Part shown: piece after piece, positions 17,712 through 27,903 of the stretch
Position numbering within the stretch: position 1 is the first letter of the stretch
Layout of the letters: each line of letters begins with the position of its first letter
From: Corallococcus sp.
Lineage (GTDB): Bacteria > Bacillota > Clostridia > Christensenellales > CAG-314
Direction: 5' to 3'
Length of the DNA stretch: 64,000 bases
NCBI GenBank assembly: GCA_023667435.1
Contig: JAMPAB010000003.1
Span: 3,176-67,175, forward strand
Position numbers and translations under genes: made by a program
Notes under the pieces: model-generated
Databases searched by the model: none
Seen by the model: only the letters and a program-made list of their open reading frames with translations
Told to the model about the DNA's origin: nothing

Positions 17712-18572
17712 ATGAAGGCTTATAATGGCTTGTACCCTTACGCATTTATGTCGTATTCACATAAAGATGAAGATCGAATCGCGCCTCTAATAGACAAATT
17801 ACAAAGTGTCGGTTGTAATATTTGGTATGATGAAGGAATTTTACCCGCAGACGAATGGGCAGAGACTGTTGCAAAAAAACTCTCCGGCGCAACGCTTTTC
17901 TTTTTGATATTATCCGCTAATTCTATTGCTTCACAAAATGTCAAAAGAGAAATATATTATGCTGTTTCAAACAATATTCCGATATTAACTTTTTATTTGG
18001 AGAATGTTGAGCTATCTCAGGGGTTAAACATGCAACTTGGAATTTCTCAATCAATTCATACAAAAAACGACGTGGACATCGATTATGATAAAATAAAAAA
18101 TATTTTTCCAAAAGATATAATAACCGACGATGTTTTTGACATTATTCACAGCACGCCGAAGTTCGTATATGCCTTTTCACAAAAACAAGCATTAAACGAA
18201 TATTCCATTATTCAAATCGATAGAGAAACAAGACAACGTAAAATTTTATTTTTACATAAAGATAGCGCGGCATTCATCGCCGACTACAGATGTGAATCTT
18301 TGCATATATCTCCGAGTAATGAATTTAATTCCAATCAGGAGACAACGTTATTTTTCTCTATATATAGTGATTTAGATCACGATGCGGGAGTGCCGGCATC
18401 CGACCTTTATGTTCAGTCTGATTTTGCTATTACAAACCCAAACTCAAATGAGGCAATTTTACATATTCTCGGCGGTAGAATGAAGCAAAAAAATGATTCG
18501 TATGTAAATACTGAAGTTTTTTCGAATTCAGAATCAGTTTACTGGTTGAAAAATTATGTTGACGATGAGTGA
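17712..18572 (+). CDS. TIR-domain protein with an uncharacterised C-terminal domain
   Basis: 286-aa ORF: YAFMSYSHKDE..IWYDEG..LFFLILSANSIASQNVKREIYYA (TIR_2-like) over roughly the first 120 aa. The rest is not recognisable. GGAGG is upstream and the region is visibly AT-rich. Confidence 0.75.
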   Translation: MKAYNGLYPYAFMSYSHKDEDRIAPLIDKLQSVGCNIWYDEGILPADEWAETVAKKLSGATLFFLILSANSIASQNVKREIYYAVSNNIPILTFYLENVELSQGLNMQLGISQSIHTKNDVDIDYDKIKNIFPKDIITDDVFDIIHSTPKFVYAFSQKQALNEYSIIQIDRETRQRKILFLHKDSAAFIADYRCESLHISPSNEFNSNQETTLFFSIYSDLDHDAGVPASDLYVQSDFAITNPNSNEAILHILGGRMKQKNDSYVNTEVFSNSESVYWLKNYVDDE

Positions 18573-18860
18573 TATATAGATTATCTTTCGCCAAAAACAG
18601 ATACTGATATAGATAAACTGCAATTTATTGCGCAACTGTAAAAAAGCGGAGAATTAGGAATTTTTCGCTTTTTTTATATTTCCTATGGGAAGCGCGCTTT
18701 TAACTAATTTCTTTTTCATTCTCCCGAAGCGTACGGAGTTGCTGCCTTTAGCAATTCAATTTGTTTTTTTGCTCGCATGCTTCGGTATGCCGTCCATGCT
18801 CGGTTTAGCGAAACGCTGAAACTCATCTAAAAAGAAATTTGCGCTTGCCGTGTTCAGTAT

Positions 18861-18889
18861 TTGACACGACCGATAAGTAGTTGTATAAT
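18861..18889 (+). promoter_or_regulatory. Consensus promoter TTGACA-17-TATAAT upstream of the GtrA-like gene
   Basis: TTGACA at 18861-66, 17-nt spacer, TATAAT at 18884-89. Confidence 0.6.
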
Positions 18890-18930
18890 TTCGTTAATTT
18901 ATATTTCTAAAACGAACGGAGTTTGACGCT

Positions 18931-19533
18931 ATGGAGAATACCTCTCAAAAAAAGAAAATAAGCAAGAAAGAAATAATACGGGCTGTCAAATTTACGCTGT
19001 TTTCGATATCGGCAGGCGCGATACAAATGATTTCGTCTCTGCTGTTGCGTCTTGTTATACTTGAAAAATTCATTCCTGCCGACGCAACGATATTTTACAT
19101 TACGGAACTAAACGAAAATACGTTTATCGCCGACACGATAGGTTTGGCCCTTTCTATACTTTGGAACTTTACGTTCAACCGCAAGTTTACGTTTAAAGCG
19201 GCAAACAACGTACCCGTTGCGATGCTGCTGGCTTTCGTATTCTATATACCTTTCTACCATTTTCAGATATGGTACGTAGACGCCGTCGAAAAGAGTCTTG
19301 CAAGCATAGGCGACTGGGGATTCGTAATCGCTTTGGGAACCTGCATGATAATAAACTTCGTTTTGGAATTCCTTTGGCAAAACTTCGTTGTATTTCGCGG
19401 AGCAGTCGACACGAATAAACTTGCAAAAAAGGAACGGGAACGCGAAGCGGCAGTTTCGTCAAACGACGTTTCGGATACGCAGGAAATAACGGACGGTAAC
19501 GTTACTGATATAGAAAATTCGGCGAAAAAATAA
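18931..19533 (+). CDS. GtrA-family membrane protein
   Basis: 200-aa ORF with four predicted TM segments, the LSILWNFTFNRKFTFK motif and an acidic C-terminal tail. Confidence 0.7.
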   Translation: MENTSQKKKISKKEIIRAVKFTLFSISAGAIQMISSLLLRLVILEKFIPADATIFYITELNENTFIADTIGLALSILWNFTFNRKFTFKAANNVPVAMLLAFVFYIPFYHFQIWYVDAVEKSLASIGDWGFVIALGTCMIINFVLEFLWQNFVVFRGAVDTNKLAKKEREREAAVSSNDVSDTQEITDGNVTDIENSAKK

Positions 19534-19748
19534 TTACAATCGGGATTAGTTATGATGTAATTTGCAAACCGAAACGTCATTGAGGCGGTTTAGTAATGCG
19601 GATGCGGCAATCAAAATATTTTGCGGCCTGCGCGGCAAATGTGTGTTTTCTCATAGTTTGACAGTTCGCTACGTTCTCGCGCATATGCGGCATCGCGCGG
19701 CTAAACTTTCGCCATACGTTTCGAGGTTTTACTTTCTTTGACATGAAG

Positions 19749-19783
19749 AAGCGTCCCAAAAGTCAAGAGCTTTCGGGACGCTT
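19749..19783. terminator. Hairpin between convergent gtrA-like and mscL genes (possibly a bidirectional terminator)
   Basis: 9-bp stem AAGCGTCCC / GGGACGCTT with T-rich flanks on both strands. Confidence 0.5.
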
Positions 19784-19829
19784 TTGCATAAATACGCAAA
19801 CGATTGTTTAGCCGCCGCGTAATTACTTA

Positions 19830-20420
19830 TTATTTTCCTTGTTTTGCCTTCAACAATTCGGCGATTTCTTCAAGCAGCTGCGCTTCCGTTTTGGGAGCGT
19901 TCTTTGCCGCTTCTTCTTCGGCAATGCGAGCTTCTTCTGCAAGACGGGCTTCTTTTTCTTTCGCAAGAGCAAGTATTTCGGCATTCTTTTTGCCTTCCTT
20001 GCGGTAAGCGGCTATTTCTTCTTTTGTCAAGGGATCGTATTTGTGTATGCCCTTCCTTACTCCTTCGTTTGCGGCGTTGATTGCTTTAACAATGCAGAAC
20101 AACACGATAGCGATAAGAATGAAATTGATAATTGCGCTTATAAACGCGCCCCAGTCAATATAAATAGAGTTTGTAAGATCCAAAACTCTGTTTGCACCTT
20201 CTCCGGTGTATGCAGGCACCAACACGGTGTAAACTTTTTCCAACGCGTCGTTACCGCCTAATATTAACGCCAACAAAGCATTGATTAACGGCCTTAGTAT
20301 GTTGTTACTGAGCGCGTTGACGATTGCGGTAAACGCTCCGCCGACGATTACGCCGACAGCCATATCGAGAACGTTTCCGCGCATAATAAACGTTTTGAAT
20401 TCGCTGAAAAATTTCTTCAT
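19830..20420 (-). CDS. mscL: Large-conductance mechanosensitive channel MscL with a long charged C-terminal extension
   Basis: 196-aa ORF: FKTFIMRGNVLDMAVGVIVGGAFTAIVNAL... The last ~70 aa form a K/E/A-rich helix-like extension. Confidence 0.85.
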   Translation of the reverse strand: MKKFFSEFKTFIMRGNVLDMAVGVIVGGAFTAIVNALSNNILRPLINALLALILGGNDALEKVYTVLVPAYTGEGANRVLDLTNSIYIDWGAFISAIINFILIAIVLFCIVKAINAANEGVRKGIHKYDPLTKEEIAAYRKEGKKNAEILALAKEKEARLAEEARIAEEEAAKNAPKTEAQLLEEIAELLKAKQGK

Positions 20421-20894
20421 ATGTTTTCTCCTTATTGTTTTATTTTACCGAAAAAAATTATACTTTACATTATTTTCTTTTGCAAGCGATTTGACTATTT
20501 ATTTAAAACGCAATTTTACGTAGTCGCTCTATTCGCCGCGCGGCAATCGTTATGCGCGCGTTATACTTCGTCAAACCGCACTCACAGTACGTCCGGTACA
20601 GTCTCGTCCGGTTTTCCTCGTCTGACGACGTATTACATCCGCCCTCGCATCTATGCCTTCGGCGGTTTTCGCCGAAAAACTACTGCGTACCTACGGGGTT
20701 GCGGTATTGACACCATTGCGGAGCGTAAGCGTACTTGCGGTACGTGTTAGCTACGGAATATGGCAAGAACGCGCAAGATGCGCGTCGTAGGCTTGCAGAG
20801 TTCGAGCACTGTATGGCTAACCGCAAACCGTTGAATTATTACGGAAATTTTTTGCTTGCAAATAGCATTGGAAAAATTACATTTCGCAAAATTG

Positions 20895-20923
20895 TTGCAT
20901 ATTTGCAAAAAGTTTAGTATAAT
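20895..20923 (+). promoter_or_regulatory. Promoter TTGCAT-17-TATAAT upstream of tRNA-Pro
   Basis: TTGCAT at 20895-900, 17-nt spacer, TATAAT at 20918-23. Confidence 0.55.
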
Positions 20924-21068
20924 ATCAAAGCAAATAATATCGGACAATCGTTGCAGATACCGCGCTCGGTTGAAATTCTGCGTTTAACAGAGTTATCTGC
21001 AGTAGGGTAAAACAATTTCCGCGCTTATAAATACGCACAAGCAATGCGGCAACGACTTAATATAGTAT

Positions 21069-21144
21069 CGAGGTGTAGCGCAGTTGGTAGCGCGCTTGGT
21101 TCGGGACCAAGAGGCCATGGGTTCGAATCCCGTCACTTCGACCA
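21069..21144 (+). tRNA. tRNA-Pro (anticodon CGG), CCA encoded
   Basis: Manual cloverleaf: acceptor CGAGGTG/CACTTCG, D arm GCGC..GCGC, anticodon stem CTTGG/CCAAG with loop TTCGGGA, T arm ATGGG-TTCGAAT-CCCGT, then A-CCA. Confidence 0.9.
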
Positions 21145-21240
21145 ACACAGCCAAAACTACGGCTTTTTAAGGGTATTTTCGTAGTTTGGGCAATGTTTCC
21201 GCCCCTTTTGGGGCGGTTTTTCTTGCCTTTTTGCAAAAAA

Positions 21241-21630
21241 TTAGTCGGCGTGAGTGTCAAATTGAGTGTCAATTTTGGCAACCTCTTTTGCCTCAAAGTC
21301 GGCGTTAACGTGCGTGTAAACGTTCAACGTCATTTCAAGCGTAGAATGTCCGAGCCATTTTTGCACAACCTTTACGGCAATACCCTGTTCCGAACAGCGC
21401 GTTGCAAACGTATGTCGCAGCGAGTGTATGTTGATTCCGTCAAAGTTTAACCGCTTGCATATTTTCAACATACTGTTTTGATAAACTTTACGAGGATATG
21501 TAAAGACGTTACCGCTTTTGCCTTGTTCGAATAGTTCCGCCGTCCTGCTAAACATCGGCAGCGTTCGTATTGACGTTGCCGTTTTAGGCGTTGTTACGTT
21601 ACCCAAACTGTCAAATGTCCGCGATACCAC
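21241..21630 (-). pseudogene. Truncated tyrosine recombinase/integrase (C-terminal catalytic part only)
   Basis: 129-aa ORF with HSLRHTFAT and LGHSTLEMTLNVYTH (the H-x-x-R and Y regions). No N-terminal SAM-like or core-binding region. It lies 96 nt from the tRNA-Pro 3-prime end. Confidence 0.7.
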
Positions 21631-21669
21631 GTTGAATGTACAAGCACATATAACAATATACAGTTAATA

Positions 21670-21903
21670 ATGCAGAAGCGCGGAGAATGGTCGCCGCGTC
21701 AGAAAAAAATTGCCGAAACTATTCCTACGGTTAAAGGGTTGCCGTGCGGATCGCATAAGTTGATTTTCCAAGTTTACTATCTGGAAAAAGGCGACTGCGC
21801 CAAGCCATTCAATGACGCTATGAAAGAACATATCGACGGTAAGTTAAACGAATTCGTAAAAAAATTGAGAGAAACGTTAATCGAAATCAATAATTTACAA
21901 TGA
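21670..21903 (+). CDS. Hypothetical small protein in the island
   Basis: 77-aa ORF with no recognisable motif and a weak RBS. It abuts the next ORF. Confidence 0.3.
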   Translation: MQKRGEWSPRQKKIAETIPTVKGLPCGSHKLIFQVYYLEKGDCAKPFNDAMKEHIDGKLNEFVKKLRETLIEINNLQ

Positions 21904-21968
21904 TAGTTAACTATGCATCGGAAAAAAACAACAATGAAATAAATAATATTTATCAAACAGGAGACTGT

Positions 21969-23145
21969 ATGAACAAACAAGAACAACTGAATTACTTAAA
22001 AAACTCGTTAATGTATCAAATGTCGCTGGGTTCGAAGGAGTTGTACCATTCCAACGTTTGGGCGTGGCTTTTGGAAAAAGACCGCGAATACATAAAGGCA
22101 TTTTTCAATATCGATTTAACCGAGTTTGACAATAAATTCGAAGTCCGTCGCGAGCTTGCCCATCGAGATATTACGATATGGCTGCACAAGAAGGGATATC
22201 CCGATAATCAAGGGAAATGCTATCTAGTAATAGAAAACAAAATCAAGTCTTTGCCGACGAAAGAGCAATTGCAAGATTATACCGAAGATCTTGGGAATAA
22301 CGAATTGTTTGCTGCGACATATACGGGAATACGAAGCGTATTGAATTCCGAAGATAGAATTTGCAAAAACAAACGAGGTCATTACGTGGAATTTCCGTTC
22401 TTACAAAGATATTGCGGAAAGTATTGTAAAAATTACAAATGACAGTGACATTTCTGCAATAAAAGAACACAAGTCTCAAATTTTGGAGTATTGCCATATT
22501 GTTCAAGCGCTTAACGATTTGTTGGAATCGTCGTTGGATGATACAAAAAATATTTTGTCTTACAAAACGATGGAGAATTTAGAAGATGAGCGTATTCGTA
22601 TAGGTGACGTGTTTAAAAAATTAAAAGGCGCAGACTTTTTGGCGTATGTGCGAAAACGGAAAAATGAGTTGGATCAACTATGTCCTAAGTCTGAAGGATA
22701 TCGTCTGGCTATATGGCAAAGTTACAATAATAAACATGCGACTTTGGATATAAAGTTCTCTAATTGGACCGAAAATTGTTCGTCGTATTTTGACATAGGC
22801 ATACAGATTGAAGAATCGCAATATAGGCGTATGGCGTTGATTGACGGACAAACCGCGCGCAATCTTAATTCCGACAAGCCTGCCGAAACCTTTTTTGATT
22901 CGCTTGCCGACATTTGGTTTGACAAAAATTTCGAACCCAAACTAAAAGACCGCGTAATTTGGGACAAATCCACTAAATTAAAAAAGAAATTCGATTCGTA
23001 TACCACAGGACAATATTGTTTTATTTATCAGTATTGCAACATAGAAGAACAAAATAACAACATGCGTTACGAAGATTTATTCAATTGCCTTAAGGAAGAC
23101 CTAAAGAAAGCGAAAGAAATAATTGAAAAACGTGCTTTTAATTAA
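21969..23145 (+). pseudogene. PD-(D/E)xK nuclease-like gene split by a frameshift
   Basis: N-terminal part reads MNKQEQ..YHSNVWAWLLEK..HRDITIW..YLVIENKIKS (D..E-x-K). The reading frame switches near the A-runs at 22345-22385, and the continuation ..WNFRSYKDIAESIV.. is open from 22345 to 23145. AGGAGA precedes the ATG at 21969. Confidence 0.55.
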
Positions 23146-23243
23146 ATCAACTCGACAACATCATTGACTCGAAACCCTATCCCAAATATGGGATAAGTTT
23201 TATGCTAAACTATCAGTAAATAAACAAAAGGAGAAATAGCGCA

Positions 23244-23564
23244 ATGAAAAACATTTACTTAAACGTCGAATTTAAAGATCTCGAAAGCGAGTTGAAATCT
23301 CAATTGCAGCGTAGCGGAGCGCGCAATATCGACGTTCGAAGAAACTACAACGGCGAACTCGAAGTACGTTACACGGTCAAAGCCGCCAATCCGCAAAAGG
23401 ATATAGAAAATATGCTGACGCAAGCAGGCGGAAAAAACGTGCGTTCGTCATCGAGCTACGGCGGCGCAAGATACGATTTTAGAGTAGACGATATAGTTGA
23501 CGAAAGAAATTTTAAACAAAAGATTGTCGAAACGCTACGCAGAGCAGGTTTCAGGGCAAATTGA
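23244..23564 (+). CDS. Hypothetical protein
   Basis: 106-aa ORF with AAGGAG upstream. It contains a thrice-repeated L-x-(R/Q)-(S/A)-G-x-(R/K) unit. No family recognised. Confidence 0.55.
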   Translation: MKNIYLNVEFKDLESELKSQLQRSGARNIDVRRNYNGELEVRYTVKAANPQKDIENMLTQAGGKNVRSSSSYGGARYDFRVDDIVDERNFKQKIVETLRRAGFRAN

Positions 23565-24345
23565 CTTTCTTTTCGGTAGCCGCGCGGCAATCGAACTCTT
23601 CTTTTTCTACGCGGCGATACTCGCGCGCTCTTGTCGCGCTCCGTTGCTCTAACGTACATACAACAACGAGCGCGATTGACGCAGTATATCGCGCGCATAA
23701 TGCTTCTATTGCAAGTGCGATTACCGTCTTGCTAAACCGACGGGTTACCGTATTATCGCGATGACCCGTCTTTATTTTTAATTTGTTTCGCTTACTTGCC
23801 TACAATGCTTTGCCCGCTCCTTTACGTTCCGCAGGTAAAAGTTCTTTTTATTTTCACTGTTGCCGTCTGCCGTTACTTCGTCTTTTGCAAGCGTTGCAAC
23901 ACTGACGAAGTTTAAATCGTAATACGCGTTAAGCGAAACTAAAATAATACAAAAATTATTACATCCGTTTAGTATTCGCGTCAATTTAGTCGTAAATCTT
24001 TAAAAGCGGCAAAAAATCAGTACAATAATACCTCCGTGTTTTTACAGTCAAAAAATTACTTTTTTTGTATTAAACGGCGTTTTTTTACAGAGGCTGCTTG
24101 GCCGTATAGTGTTCAAACCTGGTTAATACGGCCGTTTTAACAGAATTTGGATATTTCAATGATATTTGCATCATATTAAACGGTGAATTCCGCGCTAATT
24201 TCCGTCGCGTCGGTCAAAATTGTCTTGATTATTATTTTAAAAGAATGTATAATAATACAGATATGTTTTTCTTCTGCTTCAACGGCAAGCAATGCCGTCG
24301 ACAATGCGAAAACAACGCAAAATATTTTAAAAGGTGCCGCAACAA

Positions 24346-25875
24346 ATGAAAATTGCTTTAACGGGCGTAACGGGAAATATGGGAATTCAAGCATTAAACG
24401 AATGTCTTAAAATTCCCGATACCGAATATAAACTTCTGGTTTTACCTAACGACAAGCGCGTAAGAAAAATACGTAAACAGCACAAAAAAGACTTAAAGCG
24501 TATCAAATTCGTATTCGGAAATATGTCCGACGAAGAAACCTGCAAAAAACTTGTCGAAGGCGTTTCGTACGTAATAGGAATGGCTGCGGTCATTCCGCCT
24601 CACTCCGACCAACATCCCGAACAAGCTATAGACTGCAACGAAAAGGGCGTCAAACAACTCGTTGCCGCTATCGAACAATGCAATCCTCAACCGAAGTTCG
24701 TACATATCTCCACAATGGCGCTGTACGGCAACCGCAACGAAAAGCATTTGTGGGGCAGGGTCGGCGATCCGCTGCTTATAAGTCCTTTCGATATCTATTC
24801 GTTGACAAAAATGCGCGGCGAACTTGCGGTGTTGGAAAGCGACATAACATACAAAACCGTCATACGTCAAACGGCAATGCTGCACGAAAATATGCTCAGC
24901 GACAATATGAGCGACGGACTTATGTTCCATACCTGTTTCAATGCTCCGCTCGAATGGGCGACTGCGGAAGATTCGGGACTGCTTATAGCAAATATAATAA
25001 GGCAAGATTCCGAAAACGATCTCGAAGAAAAGTTCTGGGGAAAAGTGTTTAACTTGGGCGGCGGTCTGTATAACTGCGTAACCGGCTACGACACATTAAA
25101 CGACGGTTTCGAAATTATCGGCGGGTCCGTGCAGAACTTTTTCGAACCGCGTTTCAATGCAACGCGCAACTTTCACGGATTGTGGTTTTACGACAGTCGC
25201 GCTCTCGACGATATGTTCCACTATCAACGCCAAAGCACGGCGGATTTCTGGAATAAATTCAAAAAAACTCACGGAATTCTCAAAGCGGGAAAAATCGTTC
25301 CGAAAAGCTGGATTAAACGTCTTGCAATAATGGGACTGTTTAAAAGTCCCAACAGCGCGTCTTATTGGTACAAACACAACGATGAAGCTAAGATGCTTGC
25401 ATACTTCTGCGGAAAAGACAAGTATGAGCAGTTGGGCAAAAAATGGGATGGCTTCCCTCTGCTTAAATTCGGAAAAGACTCGCTCGGCAACGCTGTCGAT
25501 TACGACGCGCTGCGTAATACCGAAAACGCCGTTCTTCCAAACATAGGTTACGATCCCGAAAAACCCGTAACGTTCGACGATCTTAAACGCATAGCTCTGC
25601 TGCACGGCGGCAAGCTCGTTACAGAGCGGGGAAACATAACCGACAGACTGGAATGGGAAAACAGCGACGGCGAACGTTTCAACTGGCGCGGAACTACCGT
25701 ACTTGCAGGTCATTGGTTAAATCCCTCTTACAAACAATACTGTTGGGATTTCGACCGCCTTGCAAAGACAGATAAAATCTACGCGGACGTATGGTACGAC
25801 AGTCACGAACAAGATGAGGACAACTTCTACTTCTACAACGACTTATTCGAGGCAAAATACACTAAGATAAAATAA
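24346..25875 (+). CDS. NAD(P)-binding Rossmann (epimerase/dehydratase-like) protein with a long C-terminal extension
   Basis: MKIALTGVTGNMG.. glycine-rich loop and a YSLTK (Y-x-x-x-K) motif. The last ~200 aa are not recognised. Confidence 0.65.
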   Translation: MKIALTGVTGNMGIQALNECLKIPDTEYKLLVLPNDKRVRKIRKQHKKDLKRIKFVFGNMSDEETCKKLVEGVSYVIGMAAVIPPHSDQHPEQAIDCNEKGVKQLVAAIEQCNPQPKFVHISTMALYGNRNEKHLWGRVGDPLLISPFDIYSLTKMRGELAVLESDITYKTVIRQTAMLHENMLSDNMSDGLMFHTCFNAPLEWATAEDSGLLIANIIRQDSENDLEEKFWGKVFNLGGGLYNCVTGYDTLNDGFEIIGGSVQNFFEPRFNATRNFHGLWFYDSRALDDMFHYQRQSTADFWNKFKKTHGILKAGKIVPKSWIKRLAIMGLFKSPNSASYWYKHNDEAKMLAYFCGKDKYEQLGKKWDGFPLLKFGKDSLGNAVDYDALRNTENAVLPNIGYDPEKPVTFDDLKRIALLHGGKLVTERGNITDRLEWENSDGERFNWRGTTVLAGHWLNPSYKQYCWDFDRLAKTDKIYADVWYDSHEQDEDNFYFYNDLFEAKYTKIK

Positions 25876-25879
25876 TTAT

Positions 25880-26857
25880 ATGAAAATACTTATCTGCTAT
25901 TTTTCAGGCACGGGAAATACGAAAAAAGTCATCGACTGCTTTTCGGAGTGCTTCACAAAAGAATATAACGACGAAGTGACGTTAGTCCGTATGGAAGACG
26001 AATTTAATCTCGACGTCAACGAGTTCGATCTTGTCGGAATCGGCTATCCCGTTCACGCTTTCAACGCGCCCTCGATAGTTTTAAACTTTTGTAAAAAACT
26101 GCCTAAATTGAAAAACGGCAAAAAAGCTTTTATAGTCAACACTTCGGGCGAACCGCTCAAATTAAACAACATTTCGTCCATAAAGACCGTTCAAATTCTC
26201 AAAAAGCGCAATATAGAGGTTACCAACGAATATCATTACTGTATGCCGTACAACATTATTTTCCGTCACGGCGACGAAATGGCGTACCGTATGTGGCGGG
26301 TAGTGCAGTTGGTCGCGCCGCTTGACGCTCGGCAGCTCCGTTCGGGCGAAGGTTCGAAATTGAAACCCGTGTTTATGGGCGGTTTTATCGCCTGGATTAT
26401 GCGCTGCGAACACTGGGGCGGCAGACTTAACGGCAAACAGTACAAAGTCAACGAAAACTGCGTAAACTGTAATAAATGCATCAATATATGTCCCACGCGC
26501 AATATTACAATCAAAAACGGTAAAATACGCTTCGGAAACAATTGCCTTATGTGTATGCGCTGCGCGCATCTTTGCAGTAAGGACGCGATAAAAATAGGTT
26601 GGTTTAACAAGTGGAAGGTTAACGGCGCCTACTCTTTCAAAAAACCCAAATCGCCCGATACGAAAAGCTACAACAGAATGCTTACGCGCGCATACAAGAA
26701 GTATTTCGACGAAAACAATATGCGCATAGCAATGAATTATCCGTCCGTGATTTTAAAAAATTACGACGATAAAAACGCCGCGCGCGAATACGATTTAAAC
26801 GAATCGGAAGCGGCCGCCGCAAATGCCGAAGAAGATTACGCGTTTAACAATAACTGA
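25880..26857 (+). CDS. EFR1-type flavodoxin-like / 4Fe-4S ferredoxin fusion protein
   Basis: MKILICYFSGTGNTKKV (flavodoxin-like) plus CVNCNKCINICP and CLMCMRCAHLC cluster motifs. Confidence 0.7.
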   Translation: MKILICYFSGTGNTKKVIDCFSECFTKEYNDEVTLVRMEDEFNLDVNEFDLVGIGYPVHAFNAPSIVLNFCKKLPKLKNGKKAFIVNTSGEPLKLNNISSIKTVQILKKRNIEVTNEYHYCMPYNIIFRHGDEMAYRMWRVVQLVAPLDARQLRSGEGSKLKPVFMGGFIAWIMRCEHWGGRLNGKQYKVNENCVNCNKCINICPTRNITIKNGKIRFGNNCLMCMRCAHLCSKDAIKIGWFNKWKVNGAYSFKKPKSPDTKSYNRMLTRAYKKYFDENNMRIAMNYPSVILKNYDDKNAAREYDLNESEAAAANAEEDYAFNNN

Positions 26858-26920
26858 TTTTTTAACGTTCGACCTTTGTACGGCAAACGATTTTTGTCGA
26901 TTTTCAATACTTTTTCGCAT

Positions 26921-26953
26921 AAAAAATGTACCTCCGACTTCGAGGTACATTTT
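26921..26953. terminator. Bidirectional intrinsic terminator
   Basis: Stem AATGTACCTC / GAGGTACATT flanked by an A-run (26921-26) and a T-run (26950-53), between convergent genes. Confidence 0.8.
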
Positions 26954-26970
26954 GATTAGCTTAAACTATT

Positions 26971-27903
26971 TTATATCTTATTTGCTCTTTTAATATCTCT
27001 TACCGTTTTGACTATTTCGAATACGCAACCCAAAACGCAGAACAATACTGTAAGCGCCAAATCGGCGTAGAACAATCTCGAAAATTCCTCGTCTTTCATC
27101 AATACGGAGAACGCTTCGAATGCGTTCAAACCGTATTCTGCGCCTGCCGCTCCCGCCGCATACAGATAAATACCCAAAACCGAAGCAATCATACAGACGA
27201 AAGTCGTCGCCGTTACGATTACTATCATCATCTTGTTGGGCTTGCCGCCGAATTTTCTATATAAAAGAATACCGACAAAGAAAGCTACAAACGACGATAT
27301 CGCAGACACAAATCCTACTACGTACAGCAAAACCGCAACTAACGCGCCTGCCAGTCCGCCTATTAACGCGCCCGCAAAACCTTTCAGATAGTTGTTGGGC
27401 GCCGCTTCGAACTCGAGGTTTTCCTGCTCGATAATCTCGTTTAATTTATTGATGCAATCGTCGTCGAGCGTAAACGTCATTCCTTCTACCTGACGCTTCG
27501 CCGCTCCTTCGGGTAACGTCATTCCGCAAATGGGACAATGTCCGCTTCCCGAAGCGTTGTTGTTCGTCAGGATCTCGCATACTTTATTGACTATTTCTTC
27601 TATTTTCAAAGCAATCTTGCTCGCCGTCCAGTCGGTTATTACAAACTTAACGCCGAACTTATCGAAAGAATAGCGCACGAACTTTGTCGAAAGAATTTTG
27701 ATTTCGCTTTCGATTGCGCCCCTGTACTGTTCCGTTGCGTAAAACGCAATATGAAGCGTGACGCCTCCGTTACCTCCGTTCATATCGGCATACGGTATAG
27801 CGCCTAAAAAATTCACCTCGTAACCGTTTATTACGCCGTACGCTTTTTCGCCGTTTACAACCGCTCCGCGCTGTTCGAAATATTCTTTATACTTCCTATG
27901 CAT
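26971..27903 (-). CDS. Hypothetical membrane protein (cytoplasmic N-domain with CPICG motif, about 4 TM)
   Basis: 310-aa ORF with a hydrophobic C-terminal half. No family recognised. Confidence 0.6.
   Translation of the reverse strand: MHRKYKEYFEQRGAVVNGEKAYGVINGYEVNFLGAIPYADMNGGNGGVTLHIAFYATEQYRGAIESEIKILSTKFVRYSFDKFGVKFVITDWTASKIALKIEEIVNKVCEILTNNNASGSGHCPICGMTLPEGAAKRQVEGMTFTLDDDCINKLNEIIEQENLEFEAAPNNYLKGFAGALIGGLAGALVAVLLYVVGFVSAISSFVAFFVGILLYRKFGGKPNKMMIVIVTATTFVCMIASVLGIYLYAAGAAGAEYGLNAFEAFSVLMKDEEFSRLFYADLALTVLFCVLGCVFEIVKTVRDIKRANKI

Noticed and set aside
18641-18675. A hairpin after the TIR gene as an intrinsic terminator.
   Set aside because: The stem is only AAAAGCG/CGCTTTT with a 17-nt loop, too weak to call confidently, although a T-run follows.
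19577-19759. A 60-aa basic ORF between the gtrA-like gene and mscL.
   Set aside because: It has no RBS, overlaps the intergenic terminator hairpin, and its composition looks non-coding.
21145-24330. A direct repeat of the tRNA-Pro 3-prime end (attR) that would delimit the island.
   Set aside because: No copy of the tRNA 3-prime segment was seen by eye downstream, so the island boundary is left undefined.
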